From assembly GCA_903813345.2 (NCBI GenBank), contig CAIIXF020000001.1:46686001-46750000 (forward strand): 64,000 bases of DNA. The letters are read 5' to 3'. The notes under the pieces are model-generated. The model saw only the letters and a list, made by a program, of their open reading frames with translations, was not told the origin of the DNA and made no database searches. The stretch is from Owenia fusiformis. Lineage: Eukaryota. The translations under genes were made by a program, and so were the position numbers. Below are positions 50,401-63,100 of this stretch, piece by piece (positions within the stretch are counted from its first letter, which is position 1; every line of letters begins with the position of its first letter).

Positions 50401-53400
50401 TAATCGGAGTATTCCTTACACTCAATCTCATTCCAGCCCCTATGCTTTCTGAATCAGATTTCTCAAAGGTTACAAGACTGGCATTGTTTATAGGAGTTCC
50501 ATCTTGGGCATTTGAGTCATTAATCCTAATAACTTTATTAGCTTTGCTGAATTCTATTCCGCTAGCTTCAGTTCTCTGAACACTTTGAACCACGGACACT
50601 TTAGGAGGGAACTTGCTGTACATTTTTGCGGGGGATGACACTATCATTTGAAGCTTTGATGTGGATGACACAGGGTTAGGGAACACTGGGGTGGATGTAA
50701 AATTCCTGTGTTGAATCAGTATTGACGGAGGCGTAGTCACAGTTTTTAAAGGAGTCACCGGGGAAACATTATCCTTCATAGATGAGTGAACAAGTCCATG
50801 TGGTTTAATAGGCACCATGGTAGGGAGACTCGAGTCATTGTCGAATGAGGAATTTTCCAATTCCTCTTTAATGGCACGTCCTACACAGCGCCCAGTGCAA
50901 TGTGTCGAATGATCATAAAAGTCCAATGTGCCTCTATCCATAGCTTTGCTGCAACAAAAAGAAAACAATTCAAAATAAAATAAATGATAATTTTTTTTTT
51001 GAAATTTCCCAGCTATTTTTTGCTCATTTTCAGTTTTGCGACTATTTTTTAATTTTGAAGCTAAGTTCGTTTTGATTGAAGTGTTTAAGAAATGAATTTA
51101 AAGATACCTGACTTTTATTGCCCAGTTCTGGATAAAAATACCATGAACACTGAGTGAAATGAATTCCTGGGAATTACACCCTATGCAGACAGAGCCTGTG
51201 GGAAATATTGGGTGCGGCGCAAATGAGCGGAGGGTGCGGAGCTAACGGTCATTTTTGAATTTAAAATTGGGATATTTCTGAATCTAAGCCGTTTTGGGAC
51301 TTCAAATATACCAAGATATGTGTATTTGACACAAAATATCAATAAAATTGTGAAAATAGTAGTGCAATTCATTTTATAGCGACGCAGTATGCCTTAAACA
51401 TTTCCCAGACCTATATATTTTGAGACTATCCTTTTAATACTGCGTCCCCAGCATTCATAAAAAATGGTGTTCAAGATACACTACCCATGCAAATTATTTT
51501 TGCATCTTGGAAGCCAGGCAGTATCTGTGTGATTTTATAAAAATTCGGAAATGTTTTTCAGATATGAGCCCCCTCTAAATATTGGGTGCGGAGGTACGTT
51601 TATGGAGCTCCTCCACACCCAATATTTAGAGGGGGCTCATATCTGAAAAACATTTCCGAATTTTTATAAAATCACACAGATACTGCCTGGCTTCCAAGAT
51701 GCAAAAATAATTTGTATAGATAGTGTACCTTGAACACCATTTTTTATGAATGCTGGGGACTCAGTATTAAAAGGATAATTTCAAAATATATAGGTCTGGG
51801 AAAGGTTTAAGGCACACTGCGTTGCTATAGAATGAATTGCGCTACTATTTTCACAATTGTATTGATATTTGGTGTCAAATACACATATCTTGGTATATTT
51901 GAAGTCCCAAAACGGCTTAGTTTCAGAAATATCCCAAATTTAAATTCAAAAATGACCGTTAGCTCCGCACCCTCCACTCATTTGCTCCGCACCCAATATT
52001 TCCCACAGGCTCTGTCTGCATAGGGTGGAATTATACGAATATCATATTTCGCGAATTTATGAAAATTCGTGAAATATAATTACACGTAAAAATAACTGAG
52101 AGAGCAGTATTCTATCATATCTCGATGTTTCTGCTTTCTTGCTAATTTTTAGCCAATTGATATTTTGTTGATTTTCAAGAGCTCTATAAAAATAGTTGGT
52201 AAATTACTTTTTTTCAGGAACAGAGAGTATGCAGTTAATAATAAAAATATAAATGATTTTCTTAAAAACCTAGTTTCATATACCAGTATTCAGTATTTTG
52301 ATTTCAAGAGCCTTCGTGTACATGTAGATAAATCACATACATATACATTTTAATCTATACTCGGTCTCACCGTATTGAAACATTCTCTATTCTTATTGCA
52401 TTTTTCCAATCTTTCAGTTTCTGCTTGTCTCCGAGGACAGTGAAGGTTTTAGGAGTCACAAATGAGCCATCCTTTAACTGGATACATGCTTGGTGTATAC
52501 CTGAATAAAAAACGAATTATTGAAACGTGTCGTTCTTATTTGATTTTTCATCGATTTAATGAAATGTGAATAAATTGATCTCTAGTCACCAGACTTAACT
52601 CCTGCAAAATATGTGTAGAGATGGATGACTCTATATGACATTTCAAAAGAAAATGCATTTAACAAATCTGAATTGAGAGAAAAGGGGGTAAATATTAATT
52701 TTGTTTCATGTGGAAAGGTCAGTTAAACAATTACAAAATCAACTTATTTTTTCCACAAATGTAACAGAAATAAACTCACTACTGGTTCAACATTATCAAT
52801 TCTTGTCACTGTTTCTCATCCGTTACAGCATCCATATGGAAATGATCCTATTTTTGTAATCTTCAAATAATATAGCTTTTAACACTAAACAACCTACCTG
52901 GACAGTAGAACTGGTCTCTATGGAGATAGCCCTCCACTTCACCACATTGCACCGTTGCTGTCGGGTCTCCATGACTATCTAGGCCCTGTATAACACAAAT
53001 AGACAATTTAGCCTAGATTCAAGCATGGCTTGGAAGGTCTCATCTGGATTGTATGTTTGTAAATAATGTAGTCAGAATGATGCGCACACACCTAGGCTCT
53101 GACAAATATCTATAGTTTACAAAGCTGATGATGATGTCACTGCTATAAAGTGGAGATTGTAACACCACCATTAGGCCTAATATTGCTCCATTCATCAAAA
53201 CTACAATTTGCTAAACTCATACAGGGTGACTCACTACAAACAGTTAGTATAGTAAGACTCCAGAGTCCTTGTTAGACAATGAGGCTGCAAACAGATTGAT
53301 TCTTCTTTTTTTAATTTATCAATAATTCAACAAACAAACAAACAAACGAAATCACAGCGCCTGAAATCCAAAAAGATTACCATCCCATCCATGAGTACTG

Positions 53401-53557
53401 GTATCTGTTCAACCTGAACCTTTGAACGAAGCCTTTCTCCTGATTTGAATAAAATCAATGGTGTGCTAGTTTCTGACTTATCAATCAATTGAGATTTTTC
53501 TGTTCCAACTCCTGTCATTGCTTCAGGTGTAAGCATGTGAATCTTCCACTTATGCAT
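47424..53557 (-). CDS. GMEB: Glucocorticoid modulatory element-binding protein-like SAND-domain transcription factor, ~491 aa (N-terminus uncertain)
   Basis: Exons (-): 53557-53381, 52985-52898, 52500-52371, 50948-50314, 48795-48673, 48072-47950, 47623-47424. SAND domain VQCGEVEGYLHRDQFYCPGIHQACI...TPKTF...LKDWKNAIRI, followed by the GMEB-type LDFYDHSTHCTGRC zinc motif, FWRGIRDVG and a C-terminal coiled coil. Probable upstream exons near 55263-55098 and ~57000-56858. Confidence 0.88.
48161..48393. mobile_element. Mutator-like (MULE) MITE
   Basis: Imperfect TIRs AAGAGGGGGAGAAACCC / GGGTTTTCCCTCCTCTT with an exact 9-bp flanking duplication GCAATGGAT. Confidence 0.75.
48808..49695. repeat. Tandemly duplicated hairpin-containing repeat (two ~350-500 bp copies)
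   Basis: ATACTTAGAGGTTATGTCACTATGA(T/C)GTGAAATATGCC...GGCATATTTCACGTCATA(T/G)TGACATAAC occurs at ~48808 and ~49308. Confidence 0.8.
51177..52027. mobile_element. 851 bp foldback (fully palindromic) element
   Basis: Arms of ~415 bp are near-perfect reverse complements (mirror ORFs 51181-51372 and 51832-52023 in the track); termini CACCCTATGCAG / CTGCATAGGGTG; GAATTA on both flanks. Confidence 0.9.
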
Positions 53558-55433
53558 GACTGTTGCAAAGAGAATTTTTTTTACAGATCTTGTAGTTTTA
53601 TCACATACTGCTTGTAATTCTCTGAATTTTTCCTCTGTTATTTGTTTGTGATGTCACTAAATGATGTCACACTCAGTTTACCCCTTACATCATGTCACTG
53701 AACAATGCCTGGCAAAATTGAAATAATATGAACCTTCTAACAAAAGTATGATGTAACAATGACATTAAGTAAGAACAGCATCGCCATAGTAATTCATGCC
53801 TATGTAATCATATTATGATGTCATTAAGTTGATATTATTTTCTGTCTGTAATATTTTTCATTACTTGTATCTATTCAAGGGGTCTTCATGACTAACTTAT
53901 TTTCTGAAGTGTAGATGAAGCCAAGAAACTAAGTCAAATGAATACCAAAATTACTTATTTTCATATTATGCATACTTGATGTCACTAGGTCAGACATGCA
54001 ATTAGACCCCTTCGACTTACCAAAGGAGCTTAAAAATAATACCATTTCAGTTTGTAAATTTTTTGAAGATAAAATAATATTTTTCATTTTTTATGATCTT
54101 AAAAATATTACAAATTCTTACAAATTTTAGTGCCTGTAATATTTGTCAGAAAAAACATTTTACAAAAATAATGTTTTTACTTACTTACTTCAAAATTCTT
54201 ACAAATATTACACAACACAAAATACCCATGTCAACAGGAGAGGCAAATCTATATCTAGGTTTTCAAATAAGTAAGATAAAAATCATGAAAAATTTACTGG
54301 TAAAAGAACGGAGTGCAATCTAACAAGTGAGGACTTCTAACTTTAGAACTATTTATTTTTTCCAAAACTTATAAATAAATGGAAAAGTTCAGTTTCTTAT
54401 ATGGTTATCAAAGTATATTTAATTACTCCACGTTTGAACAGGGATAGAATGGAAATTGTTAGTCATTTTAGTTTTTAAATTTATGTCAACCTTACCACTG
54501 TATTTAAATGGAATATAACAGAAACAAAACAAACAAGACATTAACATGCAAAATGTCACCACCTGCCATATGTTACAGACACTGAACACAAACTGCCGAA
54601 CAAAGTCCACAAAAAAGTTGGAGCCTATTACAATCTATCAACACATCTGGTGGTGACATAAAAACAATAAAAACACACAAGGGGAATCATTTGAAAACTA
54701 AATCAGATCTTGCCATTTTTACAGTATTCCTTTGCATTTCTTTTGCAGTTGAGTAACATTGCTCAATGTTATCATTGGAATCAATCAGATAAAGAAGCTC
54801 ATTCATCATGCTGAAATTTCAAAAAATCTTTCTGCTTTGCCTAATACTGTGAATTCAACCAGAATGCAGCATAGAGCTACAAGGGGGAAAGGTTGCCAAA
54901 TATTGGGTAAATGTAAGTTAAAAATAATCAAACTACTCTGACAGAGTGTAACACTGTCAATAATTTTCTGGAGCACATTCTAATAAGAATAGCACACCAA
55001 GAAAACTTATAGAAACAACATAGGAAACACCAGAAGAGTGAATTGTGTTCAATTTGAAGAGTCTAGAATGAAGTCAATGTTTTGAGTCCCTCTAACCTTG
55101 GGAAAAGTTCAACTTACCTCATCACTTGGAATAGCTTTTGTGGGAAGAAAAGCTTTCTTTGAACGAACCATAGTACTGTATATGCTAGATGTATACTTCA
55201 CAAAGTTGTGTTGTTTCAGTTAGTCATGATACACAAAACCTTCATCCAATCCAGATTTTTATCTGTAAAAATGTAAATACCATAAAAATTATAGAACGAG
55301 GCTGTTAGTGCAGGTTTATCAAACCTAAAAAGCAATCAATCACAGTACAATATCATATCTGAGATGATATCATCACGGAAAAATACATTCATATTTTAGA
55401 TAAATTGTATCTCAGATAAATTAAATTGATATG

Positions 55434-56117
55434 CATCTAAAAAGTCACTCGACTTTTTTGCAAAAAAACTTCCAAAAAGTAACAGTTGCATGAATTCACA
55501 CTGTCGTACTTACAAAATGATCCACCGCCTTACTTATGCACCATCAAACTTGGTAATATTGTACACGTAACTATTAACATGGCCTTTCAATAAGAGTTGA
55601 AAGCCCATGCTATTAATTACCGTATATTCCCAGAGAAAACTGGGCTTGCTTTTCAACATTTCAAGCGAAAATTCTCTTCGGAGCTTTTGTTTTTCTGACG
55701 TAATTTCTTCTAAAAAATCTGTGACGTGATAGGTTCAGTTCATCTTATTTCGAAAGGGGTGTCATCTATTTAGAATATTTAGTTTCATCTTGTCCAGTCC
55801 TAAATTATGGAATAGATTCTCTGAGAGTGGCGACATGTCTGCATCTCTACTATCTTGTGTTTGACACCCCTCGTTTTGGACGAGTCCAAGTAAACCGCAC
55901 ATCCGGGTGATTAGAAAAGGGACTTTTTTTTTAAATCGAGTGGCAACAGAGATACTTCTGGTTAAACTGTGTTCATGACGAAACTTATGAAAGAATCAAT
56001 AAAAGGTAAGTGGTATACATTAGGCGGATGCCAAAAATTAAACGTGGTGCAAATTTGAAACTTCAGAATGGTTTCTGTGATTCAAAATCACAAAAAAGTC
56101 AAGTGACTTTTTAGATG
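55434..56117. mobile_element. Probable TIR element
   Basis: Inverted repeats CATCTAAAAAGTCACTCGACTTTTTTG / CAAAAAAGTCAAGTGACTTTTTAGATG; no clear TSD. Confidence 0.45.
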
Positions 56118-56140
56118 TCGAAAATCTTAATAGTCTACAG

Positions 56141-56585
56141 TAGTGTTGTCGCGATTAATCGATACATCGCGATATACATCGCCAAAGCTGATTCTGGCGA
56201 TGCATCGATGTCTGAAACAAAACATCGATGTTTTTGAAAAAAATTAATTTGCTAAAAATCACCCTTTCTTATCTTATTTTGACGCAAACCGCTTACCTTT
56301 CTCATGTCTTATTTCATCCAATGTTTTCTGATATTCTTTCGCTTTAAAACTGTTTTAGCTATTCGAAATGAACCATTAACCTTAAAAAAATTACTTTACT
56401 TTCATTTCACCTTTCTAGAAGTTACCGGATGTACCAATGTTTGGTATTTTAGTGCATTAGCGTTCGGTATTTCAGTGCACTTTTCTCAGATTTTTTCTCG
56501 ATGTACATCGCGATGTGCATCGATGTTTACTACTGAAAATTGGCGATGCATCGATGTACGATTATGCCACATCGCGACAACACTA
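56141..56585. mobile_element. hAT-like MITE
   Basis: TIRs TAGTGTTGTCGCGAT / ATCGCGACAACACTA; subterminal CATCG/CGATG repeats; GTCTA-containing flanks. Confidence 0.75.
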
Positions 56586-56749
56586 GTCTAGTCTAGTCTA
56601 CAGTACATTCATATACATCTATGCACTACAGTGTCTGATGTATCTGATGAGTGGCTTCCCTTTGAATAACAACAGAGCATAATATATTCTATTATGTATT
56701 AGGGCCATACCTGAACTGAATATCTTCACAAATAATCAAACAAGTTTAA

Positions 56750-57105
56750 TCAAGTCACGAATGCTTACGTACGTTTACGTAGACGTGACGCGCGTCAAAT
56801 CGTTTCCTAGAAAAAAGGAAAAGACCAAAAATAGATCTAACATTATATTTGGCTTACCTAAGGACAGTTGAATACTTCTGATATCAAAAGATGTAAATTG
56901 GTCAAGTCTCAGATAGTATATCTACACACGTATTCGGATAATAATCCGAAATATGGATAAAACTTGAAAATATAAGATTTTTAAAAAATTGTAGAAGTCT
57001 CGTCTATGTTCTCGTTACTTCTCGTTGCGCGAGACTTGGTTGCACGAGTACTTCCGCTTTAATTTTCTAATAAGTATTGTTGTTATTGTGTAATTATACT
57101 ACTCT
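56750..57105. promoter_or_regulatory. Probable bidirectional promoter region of GMEB-like and CSTF1
   Basis: Locally CpG-rich; ETS-like ACTTCCG at ~57050; minus-strand donor (CTTACC at ~56853) consistent with a GMEB first exon; CSTF1 ATG at 57106. Confidence 0.55.
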
Positions 57106-60100
57106 ATGATGCATGGATCGGGTGGAGGACTTGACATTGTCAAAGAGAGGGAGCAACTCTACAGACTAATGATCAGGTTTGTTAAATTTAACTCATTTTG
57201 CCAATCAAATTCTGCCAGTATAATTTTTGAAGAGATTTTCATTTTCTTTGAATCATTTTCATTTGTTTTCAAGAGGCCATACATCAGTGGATGAGAGTAT
57301 ACAAAATGTAGAATATACCCCAAAGGTGTGAATACTGTAATCGCATACAAAATTCGAAAATTCTGAATAATATTTTGCACATATGGCGTTCATGAACAAC
57401 TAAGAAATGCCATGGGCTCATCTTACAAATCTGAGGCCACGATATTGTGGCCTTCGTCCAAAGATAAACCCCTGTATGTTTTTACTGCTGTATACGGGTC
57501 ATGTCGTAATAATAAAATTTGAAATCAAATGTTCGCCATTTTTCAGGAATTTGACTGAGCCCCATTGTGGGTAGTGTGACATTGTCATCTTTGAATACAG
57601 AGTTATATTGGTCATTGAGGATGTTCAGTTTCTGGGGTGGTGGTATCTGTTATTTTGTGGCCATCTTTGTAATGTTACAAAGCACGTTACTGCCTAGACT
57701 ATATCCTCTAGTCTGAAATTTTTTGAATATTCAGACTATAGCCCACATATGTTAAAACTTGGGATTGAAAATTATTTGTTTACATAGGAAGTGCCATTCA
57801 AAATGGCCGACTGGGTAAATTAATTTGCATATTTGTTACTTCCCCTAGCTTTATTTCCATTTGACATTGCTGTGTTACTTTTTATAGCATTTAATTGTAC
57901 CTTACTACATAATTGAATTGTTATAATGCTTATTTTTGGGAAGTGAAGTTTCCTAAAATTGATAATTGTGTGCAGGAAATTTCCTGTTTTTTCCCACAGG
58001 AGGGACATAATGATCAATAGACTGAATTCTCAGGAAATTCAGTCTATTGGATATAGACTACGTTGATGCCAGATGCAAAAGTGTTTGGTAATGATTTTGA
58101 GCTGAACTTTCTCATTGATGATTTTGCTTTTATCAATCTGAAACAGATCGTTGATGTTGCGCTGATGTTCTATTCTTGCACATGGGTAGTAAACATGCCA
58201 TTGTGGGTATTCTTTTTGACCTCAGAAACGGTCATGCATTGAGTGATTCATTGTGTGCCTATAAAGGATTCATCTATCATGGATAATAAAAGAGTTATTT
58301 GATTTGACATTACTCGAGGTTTATATTTGGAGACTTTTCACATATGCGATGTTTGTTCCGAATTGTTGCCAGATGATTTTCTGTATTCATATTTATACCA
58401 TTTATATAACATTTATATGTTTAATATTTTAAGCAGCAGAGGTCATTTTCTTTTGATTGTTTTTGAAAAATCTCCTATTTTGAAGAGTTAGTTGTGCTGT
58501 CGTTTTGATTTTAATTTCAATTTTTAAAATTCTATCTGATTGTTTCAGTTTGTTTTACCTTTGTCAAAAATGTGAATGAAATACCTGATATTGAACATTT
58601 CTTGCAGTCAACTTTTCTATGATGGCTATCAAAGTGTTGCAGTAAGTTTAGCTAACATTGTAAAGGCCCAACCAGCATGTCCACCTTCAGACAAACTACA
58701 GAGGATTGTGAGACAGGGCCTAGAGGCTGATGATGGTAATTTTCATTTTATTTTTTTATTTATTCCAAAATATTACAAGATGCAATTTATGATTTGCATC
58801 AAATGGGTAATATATCAACAATGGCGTAGCGTCATATACGCATAAAACGCCATGGCGTACTCTCAAAATTAAGAAAACAGTTGATTTTTTATATTGATTT
58901 GCCCCACACTTCAAAAATGGATAAAAATGGCTAATAATTAATTACATTCTATTTATCGATAATAGTCAGAATTTCGTATTTCAAACGCCCCAGAACGCTT
59001 CAAATGCAATCTCATTTTCAAATTTTCTTGGGGGACAACCAACCCCCCAACCCCCCAACACCCCTCTCAAAGCACGTCTTTTTCGCTTACTCGTGGCGTA
59101 CACTCACAAAATACCCACGCTACGCCACTGTCAATAAATGTAATAAACAGATCTGTTTTGTGTTAAATGCTTCCTGTTTATTCCTACTTAATTAATCTAA
59201 AAATACCCATGTGATAACAAATTTGATAAAGGGTTTTATTATGAATTTTTGAGAGTGGTATGTTACCCTTTGGAAAACTTCAACACCACCAACAACCTTT
59301 AAATTAGACATGATTCTTTAAAGGTAGAATCAAATCTATGCGGAGTGACACAAATATGAAATTACCCTAAAGATCCACATAATGTAATCAATTATTGGTG
59401 AAGTTGTTTAAGTTTCAAAGTGCAAAAATGGGAGAAAATCTTTAAAGTCCCCGTCTAAAGTTTGAAAATATTTTTTTATCAGTCATTTTTTACTATTTGT
59501 CAGGACTTAAAAAGTGATTTTAGAGCTTTTTGAACAAAAAAAATTTTGAAAAAAAGTTGTGGGCATTTCATCTCTCGAATATTCAAATTTCCCGCCGTTT
59601 TTCAAAAAAAGTTTAAATTTCTTAATCATCAAATATTTCTTAATGCATTTCAAAAAAGATTATCTTTTTAACACCAATGCAAAGACTGAACAAAGGACAC
59701 ACTATTTCAATAATAAAATGCCATATTTAATGGGCCACTTCAATGTTTTAGCATATCAAAAATATTTTGAAACATTAGTGATGTCACTAAGGTACCAAAA
59801 ACGTTTTGAAAAAAATTGAAATTTTTTTTTCGATGTCAATCTTTTCTAAATATGTTAGACTTTCATAAAAAACCAATGTTGATTGTCTAACCAGGTTAAA
59901 AGGAAGAATAAATTATGTTTTATATATCATTGTACCATTGGTTTCTATGAGAACTAGAATTTTGAAATGCATTTTTCTCAGAACCATTTTCATGCACTGT
60001 TAAGTTCATTTCTCGCTTATTTATGAACCGATTTTCTTAATTTTTTCGGCAAAAAACATGGGAGGATGAATGTTATGCATTGGTATTAATTGTGGCTAAT

Positions 60101-63100
60101 TAGAACATATGAGTGACCTCTAAAAGTTGGTTTTAAATAAATTCACAAATTTTGGAACAAAAAGTCTAAAAACCACTTTGTGAAATTTAAAAAAAAGTTT
60201 CACATATCACACTTTGATAACATTGGGTAAGACTACAATATAAGCCAAAGTGGTTTAAACTTTATATGGGGCCTTTAAATTCTCCCAATACTAACCATAT
60301 TTATAGACAAATGAATGTATTATTGTATTCCTCAAATGAGTATATACTTTGGGGATTTTTAAAAATAGATATGAAAACGAAATGATATTAATCTGGTGGT
60401 GACATAACAGTTAATAATAAAGAGAAAAAACTTTTTTTGTTTTGTATGAATGCTGATATTGATAATGTTTCATTTCTCCATGCAGTGATGAAAGAACAGC
60501 TTGCACTGAGGGCAGACACTGTTGCTCCTGGCTCTGGCATTGATCTGGAGTTTGAGACAGATGGTAAGACAATTTATCACAGAGTTATTATTAGATAAAA
60601 ACAGAATCAGCGATAAAGGGATGGTAAAATTGCAAGTGATATGTTCATTTTCAGCAATCACAGAATTGACCAATCAATGGTCAGAGTTATACATCAGGTT
60701 CAATTGTCAAATTGCTTCGGAACAAAGCATTTTAACTTTAAGGTGATAATTGTGCCCCACTATGTTTCAATATACATGCAGGCAGGCCCAGTGGCCAGGA
60801 TTTGCCAAGGGGGGTTCACTTTCTGATAAATTCCAGGGGGGGTTACTTGTGACAATTTTGGTCCAAAAATGGCCAAAATCACTTAAAAAATGCTCAGAAT
60901 GGTGAAAAATTGCATGATTTTGAAAATTTTTTTGGCCAGGGTGGGTTGCCCGAACTCATCGAACCCCCCTGGCTACGGACCTAACATGTACTATGTAGAA
61001 GTTTGTTTTTTAGCTCATTTCATTAGTATACCATACAGTATATTACAAGTAGGCCACACCAACCTTTATATATTTGTTAAATAGCTTTTTAGATGTACGC
61101 AAATTAAATTTAACTTCAGGATAAGATTCCTATTCTGGCTCATAGAAAAATTGAAGAAAAGAACATCAACAATCAAATTAGATATTAATGTCTCTTCTGC
61201 TGAGTTCAAGTATTTTAATTGATTGACAGCTCTATTTTTACACTTTCCTTATTCACGGGGGATAAGCAAAACGAGGGCGAAGCCACGGACTGCGACTCGT
61301 GTAACTTTACACCGCAGCCCAGCGCCAAAATGGAGGGACATCCGGCAGTGCCTTCTGCTTCTTCCGACAAAATAGAGAAATCCAGGTATTTTAAATGCTA
61401 TCGTAGTGTCTAATCGGTGACCAAAATATTACTCTGTATCTACTGTTGGTCTGTAGATAAGAAAATAAGCAGTTGTCCAGATCAAGCTAAAACAGTAGCA
61501 AAGTTCTGATTTTACCTGTAAAATATGTGCATATTATTTAATTTACTATACATTTGAAAGGAGTTTTAACACGTTTCTGATATCTAAACGTTAGTTGAGG
61601 CTCCGAGTATAATTCGTGAAAATGATTTAATAATAGAATGTGTTCATGAGGAGAAAATTAGATTCAAACTTCGCATTCATAGTGGACGCAGTCCAGTAAA
61701 CAAAGCTATTTCAACAACGCAACACAGCCTCCATTGATATTCTAAGCAACGCAGTCCAGCCGCGAACACGAATAAATATGATAGTGTAAACTATATTCCT
61801 ACGCTATTATTGTTTCAGGAAAAGAAAGTCAGCATCCAGATTATCATTCAAAGTTACGTTGATTAACATATATCTATTACCTGAATCAATGTCCCAAATT
61901 GCTATATTGTATCGTTTAAGACCTAGAAATATGGCAATTCAATAGCGTATTTGGCAGAACAGTCGAGCGCAAGATGACAACGTAATATGTTTATTACAAA
62001 CCAATTTGTGGATAGGGTTAAATATATAGATAATTGGATAGTGGTGAGACTTTTTATAAGAAGTAGAAATGCGAAACAATTAACTTTTTGATGATGCAAT
62101 AAAAGCTGTTGGGGAAGGGTACATTAACTAGTATTTAAGATATCAGGAAAATATCAAATAATTGGAGAGTTGGTGAGTTAATGTAATTTTGGATGATCCT
62201 TCCAACAGTCCATCAATATTGCTAGCTACCATAAATTCATGATTTCAGCTATATTTGACAGCTTGTATATATTTGCAGAATGGACTGAGACACGATGTAG
62301 GTCTATTAAAATAGCCCTTTATATTCAATTTTGTCCAAAGTTGCTCCATTTCGGCCACACCTGTACACACATTGTGCTATCTACCTTTGGCTGTGATTGC
62401 GTTCAGCTTCAGATATAAAGCAACACTGAGTCGCGGACTGCGTTGGGCAGATGGATGGACTGCGACTATTATAAATTCCAATTTTCTATGTAATTGTACG
62501 TTTTCCGCTTACCAAATATCACACGAAGATGTAATTGTAACAACAGAACATGAATAATTATATTAATTCGATGTCATTTCTGATTCCTTTGTTTAAATCG
62601 GTATATTAGGGACAAATATTGACAAAATTACATTTTTTGTGGCAGATTTCGAATTCATTTGTGTTCATGCTAAACTATTGGACAGCCGAGCACCAAGAAT
62701 GCCATTGCAGGTGGAGTATGAATATGTTGATCACCGACTGGAATATACTAGCTATTCTGTAGAATATCCAAACCAATAATCTACCCCAAATCCTAACATG
62801 CCTTCCAAATTCAGTTTGGACTTACTGCCATTGTTCAGCTATAATGCGTTGTAACCTCGTTTTGAATTACGCGAGTCGCAGTCCGTGGCTTCGCCCTCGT
62901 TTTGCTTATCCCCCGTGTTATTTGGGAGTGAAATTGATGGCCTGTGTTAAAACTCCAAGGTCAAGCTGATCTGGTCACTCTTTAAGACAATTAAAATTAG
63001 GTTTTTACTAAAATTGGTACATTCTGTATGTGTTTTTCTCAGTTAAAGCATATTTATTGAAAAAAATTCCTATTAAATCATTCTAGGCCTTTTAATATCA

